NCBI RefSeq assembly: GCF_031769215.1
Contig: NW_026782116.1
Span: 186,001 to 250,000, forward strand
Origin: Ylistrum balloti
Lineage: Eukaryota
Length of the DNA: 64,000 nt
Direction of reading: 5' to 3'
Below are positions 35,230-47,324 of the stretch, in pieces. Both the position numbers and the translations under genes were made by a program. Below the pieces are notes generated by a model. That model was not told where the DNA came from. It searched no databases and worked only from the letters and a program-made list of their open reading frames with translations. How positions within the stretch are numbered: the first letter of the stretch is position 1; each line of letters opens with the position of its first letter.

Positions 35230-38200
35230 TCTCCCTTTTTCGTTTGATGGAAACTTTGTAGGCGGTGGTATTCTAGTTTATGTAAAGGATCTTCTAAAAG
35301 CGAAACGTTTGAACGAATTAGAGTTTCTAGGTGATGCAGTCATTTGGATAAAAATTAGACTCCTATTCTCAAACATTACTGTCGGTACAGTTTATAGACA
35401 GGTCAATCTATCTACGGTCCTCTGTCAACAGTGCTTTATGTAGTTCACCGTATGTAACAGGAGATTTGAATGTTGACTCACTGTTTCACCCAATCCTGCT
35501 CTCATTTGACATGACCAATCCATTTTCGTTTTCTAATGTTGATAGTGCTACTCGTGTAGGACCTACTAGATTTACTATTCCTGATCCTGTAATCTTACCA
35601 AGGTGCATCACATGTGATTCTTCAGTGGTTTATATAGACAGATGTGTTAAGGATCATGATGGATGTAATGCTAATATTAATATATTTTTTTTCATTTAAA
35701 ACCCATCTTTAAACGTGAAATTTGGCTGTACAAGAGAGCAGATTTTGTGAAATTTAACCACTTGATTTCTACACACAAATGGGTTGATCTTTTTAGTAAT
35801 TGGTAATTTTAGTAAATTCAGCGTGTGTTTTTTTTTACAAAAGCTTTTAAAAATGTTGCTTATGAACCTATTCCCTTCAAAGAAATTTGTATTAGCCCAA
35901 TGATAAACCATTGATGATCTCAGAACAGCGGAAAAATTGAAGAAGAAGAAGAGACAGGATATGTAAAATTGCGAGATCAACGAGCAGCTCAGTGATGTTA
36001 ATAGATTTTTGAAATATGCAAAGATATCCTGTTAAATATTATTGATGGGTATTCTTCTGGTCCCGAGTCATATTGCAGACTTATCAGAAGCCTAGTCAGT
36101 TCTTCTGGACCTCAGCCATATTGTAGACATATCAGAAGCCTGGTCAATTCTTCTGGACCTCAGTGATATTGCAGATTTATCAGAAGCCTGATTAATTCTC
36201 TACGACCTCAGTCATATTGCAGACTTATCAGAAGACTAATCAATTCTTCTGGACCTCAGTGATATTGCAGATTTATCAGAAGCCTGATTAATTCTCTACG
36301 ACCTCAGTCATATTGTAGACATATCAGAAGCCTGGTCAATTCTTCTGGACCTCAGTCATATTGCAGACTTATCAGAAGCCTGATTAATTCTCTACGACCT
36401 CAGTCATATTGCAGATTTATCTGAAGCCTGATTAATTCTTCTGGACCTCAGTCATATTGCAGATTTATCAGAAGCCTGATCAATCCTTGTGGATCTTAGT
36501 CATATTGTAGACATATCAGAAGCCTGGTCAATTCTTCTGGACCTCAGTCATTTTGCAGACTTATCAGAAGACTAATCAATTCTTCTGGACCTCAGTCATA
36601 TTGCAGACTTATCAGAAGCCTGATCAATTCTTCTGGACCTCAGTCATATTGCAGACTTATCTGAAGCCTGATTAATTCTTCTGGACCTCAGTCATATTGC
36701 AGACTTATCAGAAGACTAATCAATTCTTCTGGACCTCAGTCATATTGTAGACATATCAGAAGCCTGGTCAATTCTTCTGGACCTCAGTCATTTTGCAGAC
36801 TTATCAGAAGACTAATCAATTCTTCTGGACCTCAGTCATTTTGCAGACTTATCAGAAGACGTATCAATTCTTCTGGACCTCAGTCATTTTGCAGACTTAT
36901 CTGAAGCCTGATCAATTCTTCTGGACCTCAGTCATTTTGCAGACTTATCAGAAGACGTATCAATTCTTCTGGACCTCAGTCATTTTGCAGACATATCAGA
37001 AGCCTGATCAATTCTTCTGGACCTCAGTCATTTTGCAGACTTATCAGAAGACTAATCAATTCTTCTGGTCCTGTCATATTACAGACTTATCAGACGCCTG
37101 ATCAATTCTTCTGGTCCTGTCATATTACAGACTTATCAGACGCCTGATCAATTCTTCTGGACCTCAGTCATTTTGCAGACTTATCTGAAGCCTGATCAAT
37201 TCTTCTGGACCTCAGTCATTTTGCAGACATATCAGAAGCCTGATCAATTCTTCTGGACCTCAGTCATTTTGCAGACATATCAGAAGCCTGATCAATTCTT
37301 CTGGACCTCAGTCATTTTGCAGACTTATCAGAAGACGTATCAATTCTTCTGGACCTCAGTCATTTTGCAGACATATCAGAAGCCTGATCAATTCTTCTGG
37401 ACCTCAGTCATTTTGCAGACATATCAGAAGCCTGATCAATTCTTCTGGACCTCAGTCATTTTGCAGACTTATCAGAAGACGTATCAATTCTTCTGGACCT
37501 CAGTCATTTTGCAGACATATCAGAAGCCTGATCAATTCTTCTGGACCTCAGTCATATTGCAGATTTATCAGAAGCCTGGTCAATTCTTCTGGACCTCAGT
37601 CATATTGTAGACATATCAGAAGCCTGGTCAATTCTTCTGGACCTCAGTCATTTTGCAGACTTATCAGAAGACTAATCAATTCTTCTGGACCTCAGTCATT
37701 TTGCAGACTTATCAGAAGACGTATCAATTCTTCTGGACCTCAGTCATTTTGCAGACTTATCTGAAGCCTGATCAATTCTTCTGGACCTCAGTCATTTTGC
37801 AGACTTATCAGAAGACGTATCAATTCTTCTGGACCTCAGTCATTTTGCAGACATATCAGAAGCCTGATCAATTCTTCTGGACCTCAGTCATTTTGCAGAC
37901 TTATCAGAAGACTAATCAATTCTTCTGGTCCTGTCATATTACAGACTTATCAGATGCCTGATCAATTCTTCTGGTCCTGTCATATTACAGACTTATCAGA
38001 CGCCTGATCAATTCTTCTGGACCTCAGTCATTTTGCAGACTTTTCTGAAGCCTGATCAATTCTTCTGGACCTCAGTCATTTTGCAGACATATCAGAAGCC
38101 TGATCAATTCTTCTGGACCTCAGTCATTTTGCAGACATATCAGAAGCCTGATCAATTCTTCTGGACCTCAGTCATTTTGCAGACTTATCAGAAGACGTAT

Positions 38201-40425
38201 CAATTCTTCTGGACCTCAGTCATTTTGCAGACATATCAGAAGCCTGATCAATTCTTCTGGACCTCAGTCATTTTGCAGACATATCAGAAGCCTGATCAAT
38301 TCTTCTGGACCTCAGTCATTTTGCAGACTTATCAGAAGACGTATCAATTCTTCTGGACCTCAGTCATTTTGCAGACATATCAGAAGCCTGATCAATTCTT
38401 CTGGACCTCAGTCATTTTGCAGACTTATCAGAAGACTAATCAATTCTTCTGGTCCTGTCATATTACAGACTTATCAGACGCCTGATCAATTCTTCTGGAC
38501 CTCAGTCATTTTGCAGACTTATCAGACGCCTGATCAATTCTTCTGGTCCTGTCATATTACAGACTTATCAGACGCCTGATCACTTCATCTGGAACTTCAT
38601 GTAAAAAACCTACTGTATAGCTCTTAAAATACTTTTTAATATGTTATTACGACAGGGTTTTACTCCGATATATGGGAACTAGCCCATGTTATGCTTTTGT
38701 TTAAATGACATCATGGACATTCTCCAATTAATTACAGACTAATTCCACTTGAGAAAGTCCTTGAAAGAGTGGTTTATAGGTATTTGTACGATTATTTGAT
38801 TGAAAATTTGTTGTTCTATAAGTATTAGGTTTCATATATGGTCTTTCTACTGTTGATCAACTACACGTAATTGCTATTTACAACCAAATATGCTCAGCAT
38901 TTGAGGAGTACAGCATTCATGTTTAGTTCTTTGCGATATATCTGAAGCCTTTAAGTTTGGCATAAAGATTTGTTAATAAAGTTAAAATAGTAGGGTATAT
39001 CAGGCAAAATACATATTTCGTTAGAATTTTTCATTGACGTAAAAAGGTATCTAAAAACAGTTGTTACTCTTTTGTAAGTGTCATTGAACCCGGGGTTCCA
39101 CAATGGTCAAATTTCATCAACAATATTGGCGAAATTTTCGAATCTACTTCTCGCCATTTTGCAGAGGACACCTCGCTATTATATTCATCATCTTCCTGTC
39201 TTGAAGTAATATTAAATATATATTTAGATAAGGTAAATACGTGGACTAGTACACGGATACTTAAATAAAATAAAAACAAATGTAGTGTACATTTCTAACG
39301 CTGTGAACTTATAGATGGGTGAAGAAAGAGTTCGAATTTTCCATAAACATTTTAACATTGAAGAGTTATATTAAATTATTGTGCTAATCGGGGAGACCAG
39401 ATTAATGTAATTCATACTTCGGTAGTGAAAAGGATTAATGTTTTATGGAAATTGAAATAAATTGATATAATTGCTTAGCCGTAAATCACCACTTATGATT
39501 TATAAAGTATTCATTCTACAAGGATTACAATATACTTCTGAATTTTGGGATGATTATACCAGCATATTGGTTCTGATCATCAAGACAAGGCTGTCCAAAT
39601 TATATCGGGACTTCGTTTATACGTGTATAATGAAGCTTTGTATTATGGCTTCGCTTGCAAACACTCTCCGACCGACGTACACGGGGAAAATTATAAGATG
39701 CATAACAAACAAACTTGTGAATTCCTGAATCAAAATTTACCACCTACTGCTAATGAAAGTAATCCTTATTCTCTCCGAAACAGCAACAACAGAAATGCCC
39801 AATTAAGACTCTTCCTTACAAACATTCTTTCATACCACCCACTGTTAACTGCTGGAATACTTTAGATAATTAATTGAAATCACTACCGTCTATAAATACC
39901 TTCAGGAAATCCTTATTACCCGACGTGCATATTACCCCTCCCATGTATTACGGACTAGGAGAACGAAAATTAAATGTTCTGCAAACAAACTTCAGACATC
40001 AGTGTAGCTCTCTTAATTATGATCTCTTTAGAAGTAACGTTTAATGCAGACTGTTGCCGAGTTGAGAATGTATCTCCCTACTTCTTTTGAATGCGTCCAT
40101 TTTAGAAATGAAAGAAACATTCCAATACAAAATGTTCAGTTCTTAAACGTATAACTTAATCTAGAAACCATCTTGTTAGGAAATTCACAACGTACAGTGG
40201 AACTTAATATAGAATTCTTTAATTGCGTGCATACGTTCTCAACATTCGGGAAACATATTTTGATCAAGTTTACAATATTTGAATTGTTTCGATTTATTTG
40301 CTTTTACTTGCATATTAGCCAAGAATGAGTCAAGCTGATATTTATTGTTGTATTACATATCAATTGTTTATTTGTTAACCCGTATCTGTTCCTGTCTCCA
40401 GTAAACAATAAAATATGCTTGATCT
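35230..40425 (+). mobile_element. Decayed CR1/L2-clade LINE (endonuclease plus reverse transcriptase), interrupted by a 48-bp array
   Basis: APE motifs GGGILVYVK...TVGTVYR (about 35260-35400); RT motifs KVLERVVYRYLYDYL (about 38755), LCDISEAF (about 38930), GVPQ (about 39090), FAEDTS (about 39158); many stops and frameshifts; AATAAA at 40407. Confidence 0.85.
36050..38595. repeat. 48-bp minisatellite, about 53 copies, with an 860-bp higher-order duplication
   Basis: tcagtcattttgcagacttatcagaagcctgatcaattcttctggacc; identical ORFs at 36793 and 37653. Confidence 0.97.
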
Positions 40426-42247
40426 AATGGTTGACTATTTCTCTGTCGCAAACAAAAACTATCAAGTTTACCAATGAGTTGAGCATCGTGGATATCGAAA
40501 ACTTAACTGCTCATGAAACGTGTCAACTATTTGTTCAATGATCATTTTATTTTATGTTGTTAAGCCCATTAAGTTGCTTCAGTACACAGATTAATGACAT
40601 AGGCCATCGGAAAAAGGACAATCAAGTCAGTATTGATCACTTTCTGATATTCATTTATTTTTTTATCAAAATATGTAAAAGCAATGAGAGAAATCCAAAA
40701 TCCAAATCAGATTTTGTATAAAGATTTTCTGAACAGATTTCGTTAACTGGAAAATAGCAAGCACCTACGAGTGCTGAATGATAATTTGTCGGCCTCATAT
40801 TTAAGGATTTGACTTTGGCTGACATATTGCCTCGGATATATATGGGTTTCGGTATTTTCTTGTCGAAGTCTTGACAAATATAAAACTACAAAAAATAACG
40901 TTGTAGTTCAGTTATATTCGTCAACGGAAGCTAGAATAAGTGGCGTTTCCAGTTGACTCGTTCGGTAAACTTGTCTAGTTTTGCTGATAACAAAAAGTAT
41001 GATCACGGTCTGATAACTTCGTGTGCCACCTGTCTGGGACTCGTGTACAGGTTGCTACTTGGAAGAGTCAAAAACACGATATCATTTTAAACTATTAAAT
41101 GGGGGAAACAATTTAACAGAATTACCGTTTTATATCATTTAAAATGAGTTCTGTATACATTTTGGCAGAGATCCAATTAATTATTCAAAGATCACCCGAC
41201 ACGTGCAGTGTACAAATCTTGTACACATTCACTCGTTTGCATTTTGTTACACGTGCAGTAGCGCTTTAAAGTTTGGGTTTATTCGTGTTGAGATTTGTTT
41301 TCAATTAACATTGGTCGATGAGCATTGAGTGAACTAGTGTATATATCAGCAGTGACCGGCTGATTTATCACAAACGTAAAGCGTGTCATCTGTAATCTAC
41401 AAACGAGTGAAATGTGAAGTCTGGACTCTGTACGATTAGACTTGTTCAGTTTCATGGTTGAGTATGTCCCTGTGTATCGCCGTCAACACGAGTGTGGCTG
41501 TCGACCAAACAAATGCGTGTGTATTACGTCGTATTACATCCCCGACTGAAAAAAAGCCATCAACACAGAAACCCGCCAATAGCTGCGGTGGCTGGCGTTC
41601 ACACGCACTGACGGGACAGACGGAAACGTGGAGAGTTTGTTCGCAATAGTTATATGAAGACGATAAGATAATAATGCAGATTTGATTAATACTATGGAGC
41701 ACTTTACACATGGTCATTGATTCAGTGTGGATGTAGTACTGTGTCTTTACACCACAGTAATGATCTCCCAACAAAGAAGAGATAAAGTTTACTGTGTTAC
41801 CATGGCTTGCAGATGATGATTAAACTTGAATTTTAAGTTCGATATACTACAACACAAGCAAAGAACCTGTATCGAACCAGTGATACAGAAAAATGTTTGT
41901 TTGTGTGTTGTGAATGACAACTACGGGAACTTGGACATTTTATCCATATGTTTACAAGGAGAAAAAATGGAATTTGAAGTTGCACTTTACAAGTAAATCA
42001 AGGATAGGAGTATTTACGACACACAAAGATGGAGACGAGTACACAGGTAATTTGTTACTGATGATTTTGACGATTTCCTGTATTTTGTGGAAATTAATCA
42101 GTTAATACGTGTAAACATTATACAACGCATGGCAGTATGATAGACAAATCATATTTATTTATTTGTATGACATGTTCATGAAAAGGTTTTATTTATTGTT
42201 AGATGGCCTTACTCAGATTAGTTAGTAAATTCCTTTATATGGATCTC

Positions 42248-42450
42248 ATGTATTAATTTCCACCAAATCAAATGGGAGGAAGTTGAGGGAGGGGGAAGAT
42301 ATCTAATCATTTCCGATCGATGGACATCATATACTATTTACCACCAAATCAAACGGAAGGAGGAGGAGGAAGGAAGGAGGAAGATTATTTAATCATTTCT
42401 GATCTATGGACACCATATACTATTTCCCACCAAATCAAATGGAGGAAAAA
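42248..42450. repeat. Degenerate repeat of about 80 bp x3 with purine-rich tracts
   Basis: ccaccaaatcaaa(t/c)gga...atcatt...gatc(g/t)atggac...catatactattt three times. Confidence 0.7.
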
Positions 42451-42879
42451 AGTATGGGGTGGGTGGGGAGGGGAGTGAGTGGGTGATGATTGAATGACAT
42501 TTGTATAAACAATATTTTAAAATCATGTACATAATCTATTTTTGGTTCAATCTAATGACACAAAATCAATACTTTTCACATATAGAAATAGTGTCTATAT
42601 GCGTACGACAAAAACACAACAATGTACTGTAGACTGTCTCCAGCATATATATCAATTCTTGTATTTATCATGATAATTCTTTGCGTGGTAGTTAATCCTT
42701 TGTCTGGTCCACATAAAGAGCCATAAAGTGCAACATTGCTGTGTAATACTATAAATAGCTGTGTAATACACAACGTTGAAGGCTCACATACAGGAATGAA
42801 CAAAGGAGCTCGTGTCTGACAGTCAGCTGACCGATGTAAACAAACTCACGTTGTTTGTCGACTATTTTTAGCTGAAAAA

Positions 42880-42921
42880 TGACGTCACTACCAATCAATA
42901 ACTCTATAGTTAATCACGTGG
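42880..42921 (+). promoter_or_regulatory. Candidate ABCA promoter: CRE/ATF site TGACGTCA (42880), CCAAT (42891), E-box CACGTG (42915)
   Basis: three exact motifs within 42 bp, in a CpG-rich zone just upstream of a GTAAGT donor. Confidence 0.6.
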
Positions 42922-42966
42922 TAAAATATTCATCATGGTGCTCGGAGGATGAAGCGAGCATAAATT
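42922..42966 (+). other. Probable non-coding first exon of the ABCA gene (start approximate)
   Basis: GTAAGT donor at 42967; next strong acceptor ttgttttcttcttttgttcgacag ends at 43233; ABCA1 likewise has a UTR exon before the ATG exon. Confidence 0.5.
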
Positions 42967-43263
42967 GTAAGTAAATAATGGCCTTATCGAGGTGTAGACA
43001 TACGAAGCAGTCAGAGAAAGCATGTATGCGGGCTCAAAAAGGACGATGTGACTTGAATTAAGAATATATACGTCGATGTCATAGACAATTTAGCTTGAAA
43101 TTTTCTTATCAGTTGGCCCAAGTACATGGGACCTTGCATGTAGATGTGCGATCCCTGTAACATAGACTACAATATGGTGAATCGTAAATAAAATGCCTAT
43201 AAATCATGCTTGTTTTCTTCTTTTGTTCGACAGGTTCCATATCTCGCCAATGACCGTGACAGT

Positions 43264-43329
43264 ATGGGATTTTTTCACCAGTTTCGTCTACTGTTGTGGA
43301 AGAATTTTACGCTGAAAAAACGGACCCCA
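43264..43329 (+). CDS. ABCA2: ABCA-subfamily transporter (ABCA2/ABCA1-like), first coding exon MGFFHQFRLLLWKNFTLKKRTP; exon spans 43234-43329
   Basis: ABCA N-terminal LLLWKN signature; about 16/22 identical to recalled human ABCA2 [22 protein letters not shown], with the same 66-nt phase-0 coding part; strong Kozak context agtATGg; GTAAGT donor at 43330. No next exon found before 64000; paralogue assignment is tentative. Confidence 0.85.
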
Positions 43330-44149
43330 GTAAGTGTTGATAAATACTGATAAATACACCGAGTTTTACGTAGAACACCGAAGTCACGATAGCCACGTCA
43401 ACCCGTGGCGCTTCCCATTAATTGCATGTGTGCATATGCACTTATAAAGACCTACATTAAAATTGTAATGTACATGTACGTACGTGTATCATACCGTGAT
43501 TGCAGCGATGTCTGGTCATGTATATAAAAATTTGCGTATTCATGTAGAATATCTAGATATGCTGCCAGAGACCGGTAGGTAGTATAATGATATTCAAGTA
43601 TTATCAATTATATTTTTCTGTGTGTCTCTATAGACTAGCACGACGAATAAAAAGTCAAGAATATCAAATACATAATTTAGATATTCAAAACTCAGCAGAC
43701 TATAGTCAATGTAATTGGTTGGGAAAAACATTCAGTAGGTTATGAAGAAAACATTAACTACATGTTTTGTGTACATATACAACATTGACAAGCAGGACAT
43801 GTACAGCTACTAGTACTTATTTCCATCAAATTTATTGATAACAGCCTTGTTATCAACCATTCCTGAACTGTCATTTTTACTAATCATGGCCAGTTTCTGA
43901 ACAATTAAGCCAGCCATTGTTATGGTTTGATCTGATGAGAATGATGTCAGTTACTTTGGTGTTTTATGTAGGGATCTGGGAAATATTTGAAAAACAAACA
44001 CAATCCTGCTGTTATCCCTGAAAAACTAAACAGATTTTGTTCTGAAAGGGCAAGTCATCTTGTCTTAACATTCATAAAACCATTTCAACAGCTCATGACC
44101 ACAGAAAAAATGTGAACAGGATTTGCAAAGCCAATTCTATCTGAACACA

Positions 44150-44340
44150 CCATATGCCATATTGTGTGGTGAGATTACAGATCATTCAGCGAAGTTGTGA
44201 TCATGTCCTAGTCAAGACACTTCACCCTAATTGCTTTATATACCATGTCTCTTACATGTTGTTCAGTGAGGAAGCTACATACAGACTACTCAGACACCCA
44301 GACACAAAGAAACGAAATGGGTAAAACTGCTACCAGCAAA
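44150..44340 (+). mobile_element. Degenerate SINE copy, same family as 17365-17647
   Basis: gtcctagtcaagacacttcaccctaattgct...tgttcagtgaggaagctac matches the reverse complement of the 17.4-kb copy. Confidence 0.5.
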
Positions 44341-44699
44341 ATAGGACTTCCTTCATACTTGTTTCAATGAATTGTGTCCATTTCTTTCTGACTAGACATT
44401 TGTGTCTTTTTACCTTGGAGGATCTCCATTCTACTGGGGCCAAGTGCTACCTTACCATTCCATTTATGGCCCTGAACCACTATACACAATAATTTCTATT
44501 AGAATATTTCTATCTAGGACATAGCAATTGGTCCTGGGTTCAGCTCCAAGCAGATTCACTTCACCATTGTAAACATAGTCATTGATAAAAATGACCTCAA
44601 TTTTCTTTGATCTTTTGGCTGAAGAAGAATGGAATTAAGGAACTCATTAGTACAAATCATGCTTCAGAACCATGCTGTGCCTCAATCCTGTACTGGGCC

Positions 44700-44980
44700 A
44701 GTATGTTTATTTTGGAGTTTATCACCCCATGAACAGCCATAGTCATTTTGTGGCAGGGTGTTCTTGTAATAGCTGGTGGCTATCTAATTGAACAAAATGT
44801 GAGAAGCATGCCACATGATGTATCTAAAACAACTGGAGTAAAATGTCTTCCTTAGAACGCAGGACAATCTGTGATGCTCCTTTCCATAGAAATACAATAA
44901 GTAAACCTGCCCTAGGTAGGAATAGAACGATGCATCTCACATCTTAACCTGCATTTGTGTTGAGTTAGTGGCATACACGG
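44700..44980 (-). mobile_element. Degenerate SINE copy, same family
   Basis: cccatgaacagc...agctggtggcta shared with 17386-17445. Confidence 0.55.
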
Positions 44981-45734
44981 ATAAAAAATATATATATTAT
45001 AGTGAGAATAACAATTTTAGTGTTGAGGTCAAATGCTGTATATGAAACCTTTTAAAACACTGTTTCTCTGAATTAACCAAGATTTCAATGGTCAATATAT
45101 CTGTTTTATTAAAGTGTGCTTAAGGTAAATTAATAACAAGTTTGTAAAAATCAATAGCATAGACCTATTTCAAAGATTATGCATAAGAGTTTAATGTTTG
45201 AAAATGTTAAAATAACATTAATCTTCTAATCACTGTGCATATAATGACTTTGATTTAACAGTTATGGCATGTAGAATTCTAAGGTGAAACTCAGCAGCTT
45301 TAGCAAGCCTCGATACCCTTCAAACAATTTGGAAGTGCTAGTGTAAATACAATGCCATATGTATCTCTTACTGAAATGTTGCAGCACTGTTCTGTGTAAT
45401 TAGGAGGCTTAGCTTAACATCATGATATTTGTACTGCAATTGATTTGTTTGAGTATCAAGTTGATTTAACTATTTGACCTTTACATCTTTAAAGGTCATA
45501 TCACAATTTTAGGTCAATGTCTGTAATGGTCATAATTAAAATAAATAAAAACCATTAAAAAGCTAAATCACTAAAACCATGAATATTGAGAGTGATGATA
45601 TTTAACTTGCAATGTTGGTGTTAGTTGTCAAGTGTGAGTTTGAGTAAAAAATTCTTTCAAGTTAAGCTCTTGATCTTGTGAGGTGACATATTTAAGTAAT
45701 TTGACCCCTATAATGTGACGTCTGCCATGTATGA

Positions 45735-46000
45735 ACTTTTCATTCAAACAACTTTTCTTAATAACCCAAAGGTCTTGGGTGCTGATATTGGGCCTGTAAG
45801 ATGATTGGTTGAAGGGCTACCACATTTGTTAAAATGAGTGACCTTGACCCATTTTCAAGATCACAGGGTCAAATGTGTTCAAATTTTCAAACAACTTCTT
45901 TTCCATAACTAAAATGCCCAGGTTGCTGATATAGGGCCTGTAGCATGCTGGAATGAAGAGCTACCGATTTTGCTATCAAAATTTACAGAGTAATTGCCTT
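45735..46000. mobile_element. Dispersed element with a duplicated core of about 140 bp (HINE-like); related copy at 62.3-62.6 kb
   Basis: gtgctgatattgggcctgta...gaagggctacca...tgaccttgacc...tcacag(g/a)ggtcaaa shared with 62430-62630. Confidence 0.6.
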
Positions 46001-47324
46001 TTATTGTCATTGACCTTGTGAACATGACACGAGGAAATATGAAACTTGATATTCAGCCTTATGTCAATAAGATCTCAGATGAGTGTGACAAAATGTCTGA
46101 TGTGGCCCTTTGCAAATTTATTGCGATGGACCTTGTGAACATGATCATTGGAGTAAATATGAGCATATTTTGATGAAATGGGTTTGCTGCCTTATGGAAA
46201 GATGATTTCAGAGGAGTTTGACTATGGAATTGATTCATTTGTAACATACAGAGCTATGACCCTTTACAGTTAGTTTTATTACTATTGAATCACGAGAACA
46301 CACTAATTTCAGTGAATGTGAACAGGTTTTTGACTTGGTATGAAACCTCACAATGTATATAATTAAGATCTTGGACGAGTTTGATACTATGTTCAATTAA
46401 ATTAGTAGGATGACCGTTTAGGCTCGTTTCAAAATCTGTTTAGATGTAGAAGACAGGAGGGAAGGATGTATTTTGCCAACAGCTTCAAATGATTTTGAAT
46501 TGTGAGAGTAGACTTGGGTACAAAAGCATTAATCTGGTCAAAGTTTTCTAAAGCTTGATCACAGACAGAATAAAGGACTAGTTGACACTTTTGATAGAGC
46601 TAGTTATGTGTTTGGTTTTCCTTTGTGTAAGCTCTATCATCAAAGTACATAGCATTGTATTTATGGTCAATACTGAACTAAAGACAGATCCATTTTATTC
46701 CTTAGAACTCTGCCAGTCTCTTGTCTACAATTCAACTACCATGTGATACAAAATCTATATCAAGTTTTCTTGTCATCTGGCAGTGGGAGATGTATTTGCC
46801 TTGAGTCCTGATATCTTGGGAACTATTTGGCGTGACTGACAAGCTTTGAAGTCCTGGCAATACATATACTTTAAATACAGAACATATATACTGATTTACA
46901 GTTGTGATCAATGAAATTCAATCTACTAAGTGATACCAGAAATGCAAGCTCAAAATTTGACAAGGTAGTGTGATGTCATGGGTTTGTCTTGTACAATTTT
47001 GTATTTTTTAACAAACATCTTAACATTGCTTTCAGTTTTTCGCCAACATGCTCTCACACGTCATTGTTTTTGTACAATGACCATCATTTCTGTATATAGC
47101 ACATGACTTTTAGAAAAACCATCTCACATATTTAAACAGTTTGCAATTTTTCCAACTTTATGCAATTTGTTTTAGACAATCTGTAAAATGCTTCCTAGCA
47201 CTTAACATAAATGTACAACTGACAACTTCTCACTCAACAATGCTTCATATACAGTTTCCTGTGTGTCATATATAATTTTTCAGGCATTTTGCTCAAAGAA
47301 GAAAATCTTTATCACAGACGATGA

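Noticed and set aside
36793-38485. (LQTYQKPDQFFWTSVI)n ORFs as real proteins
   Set aside because: Reading frames of the 48-bp array inside a dead LINE.
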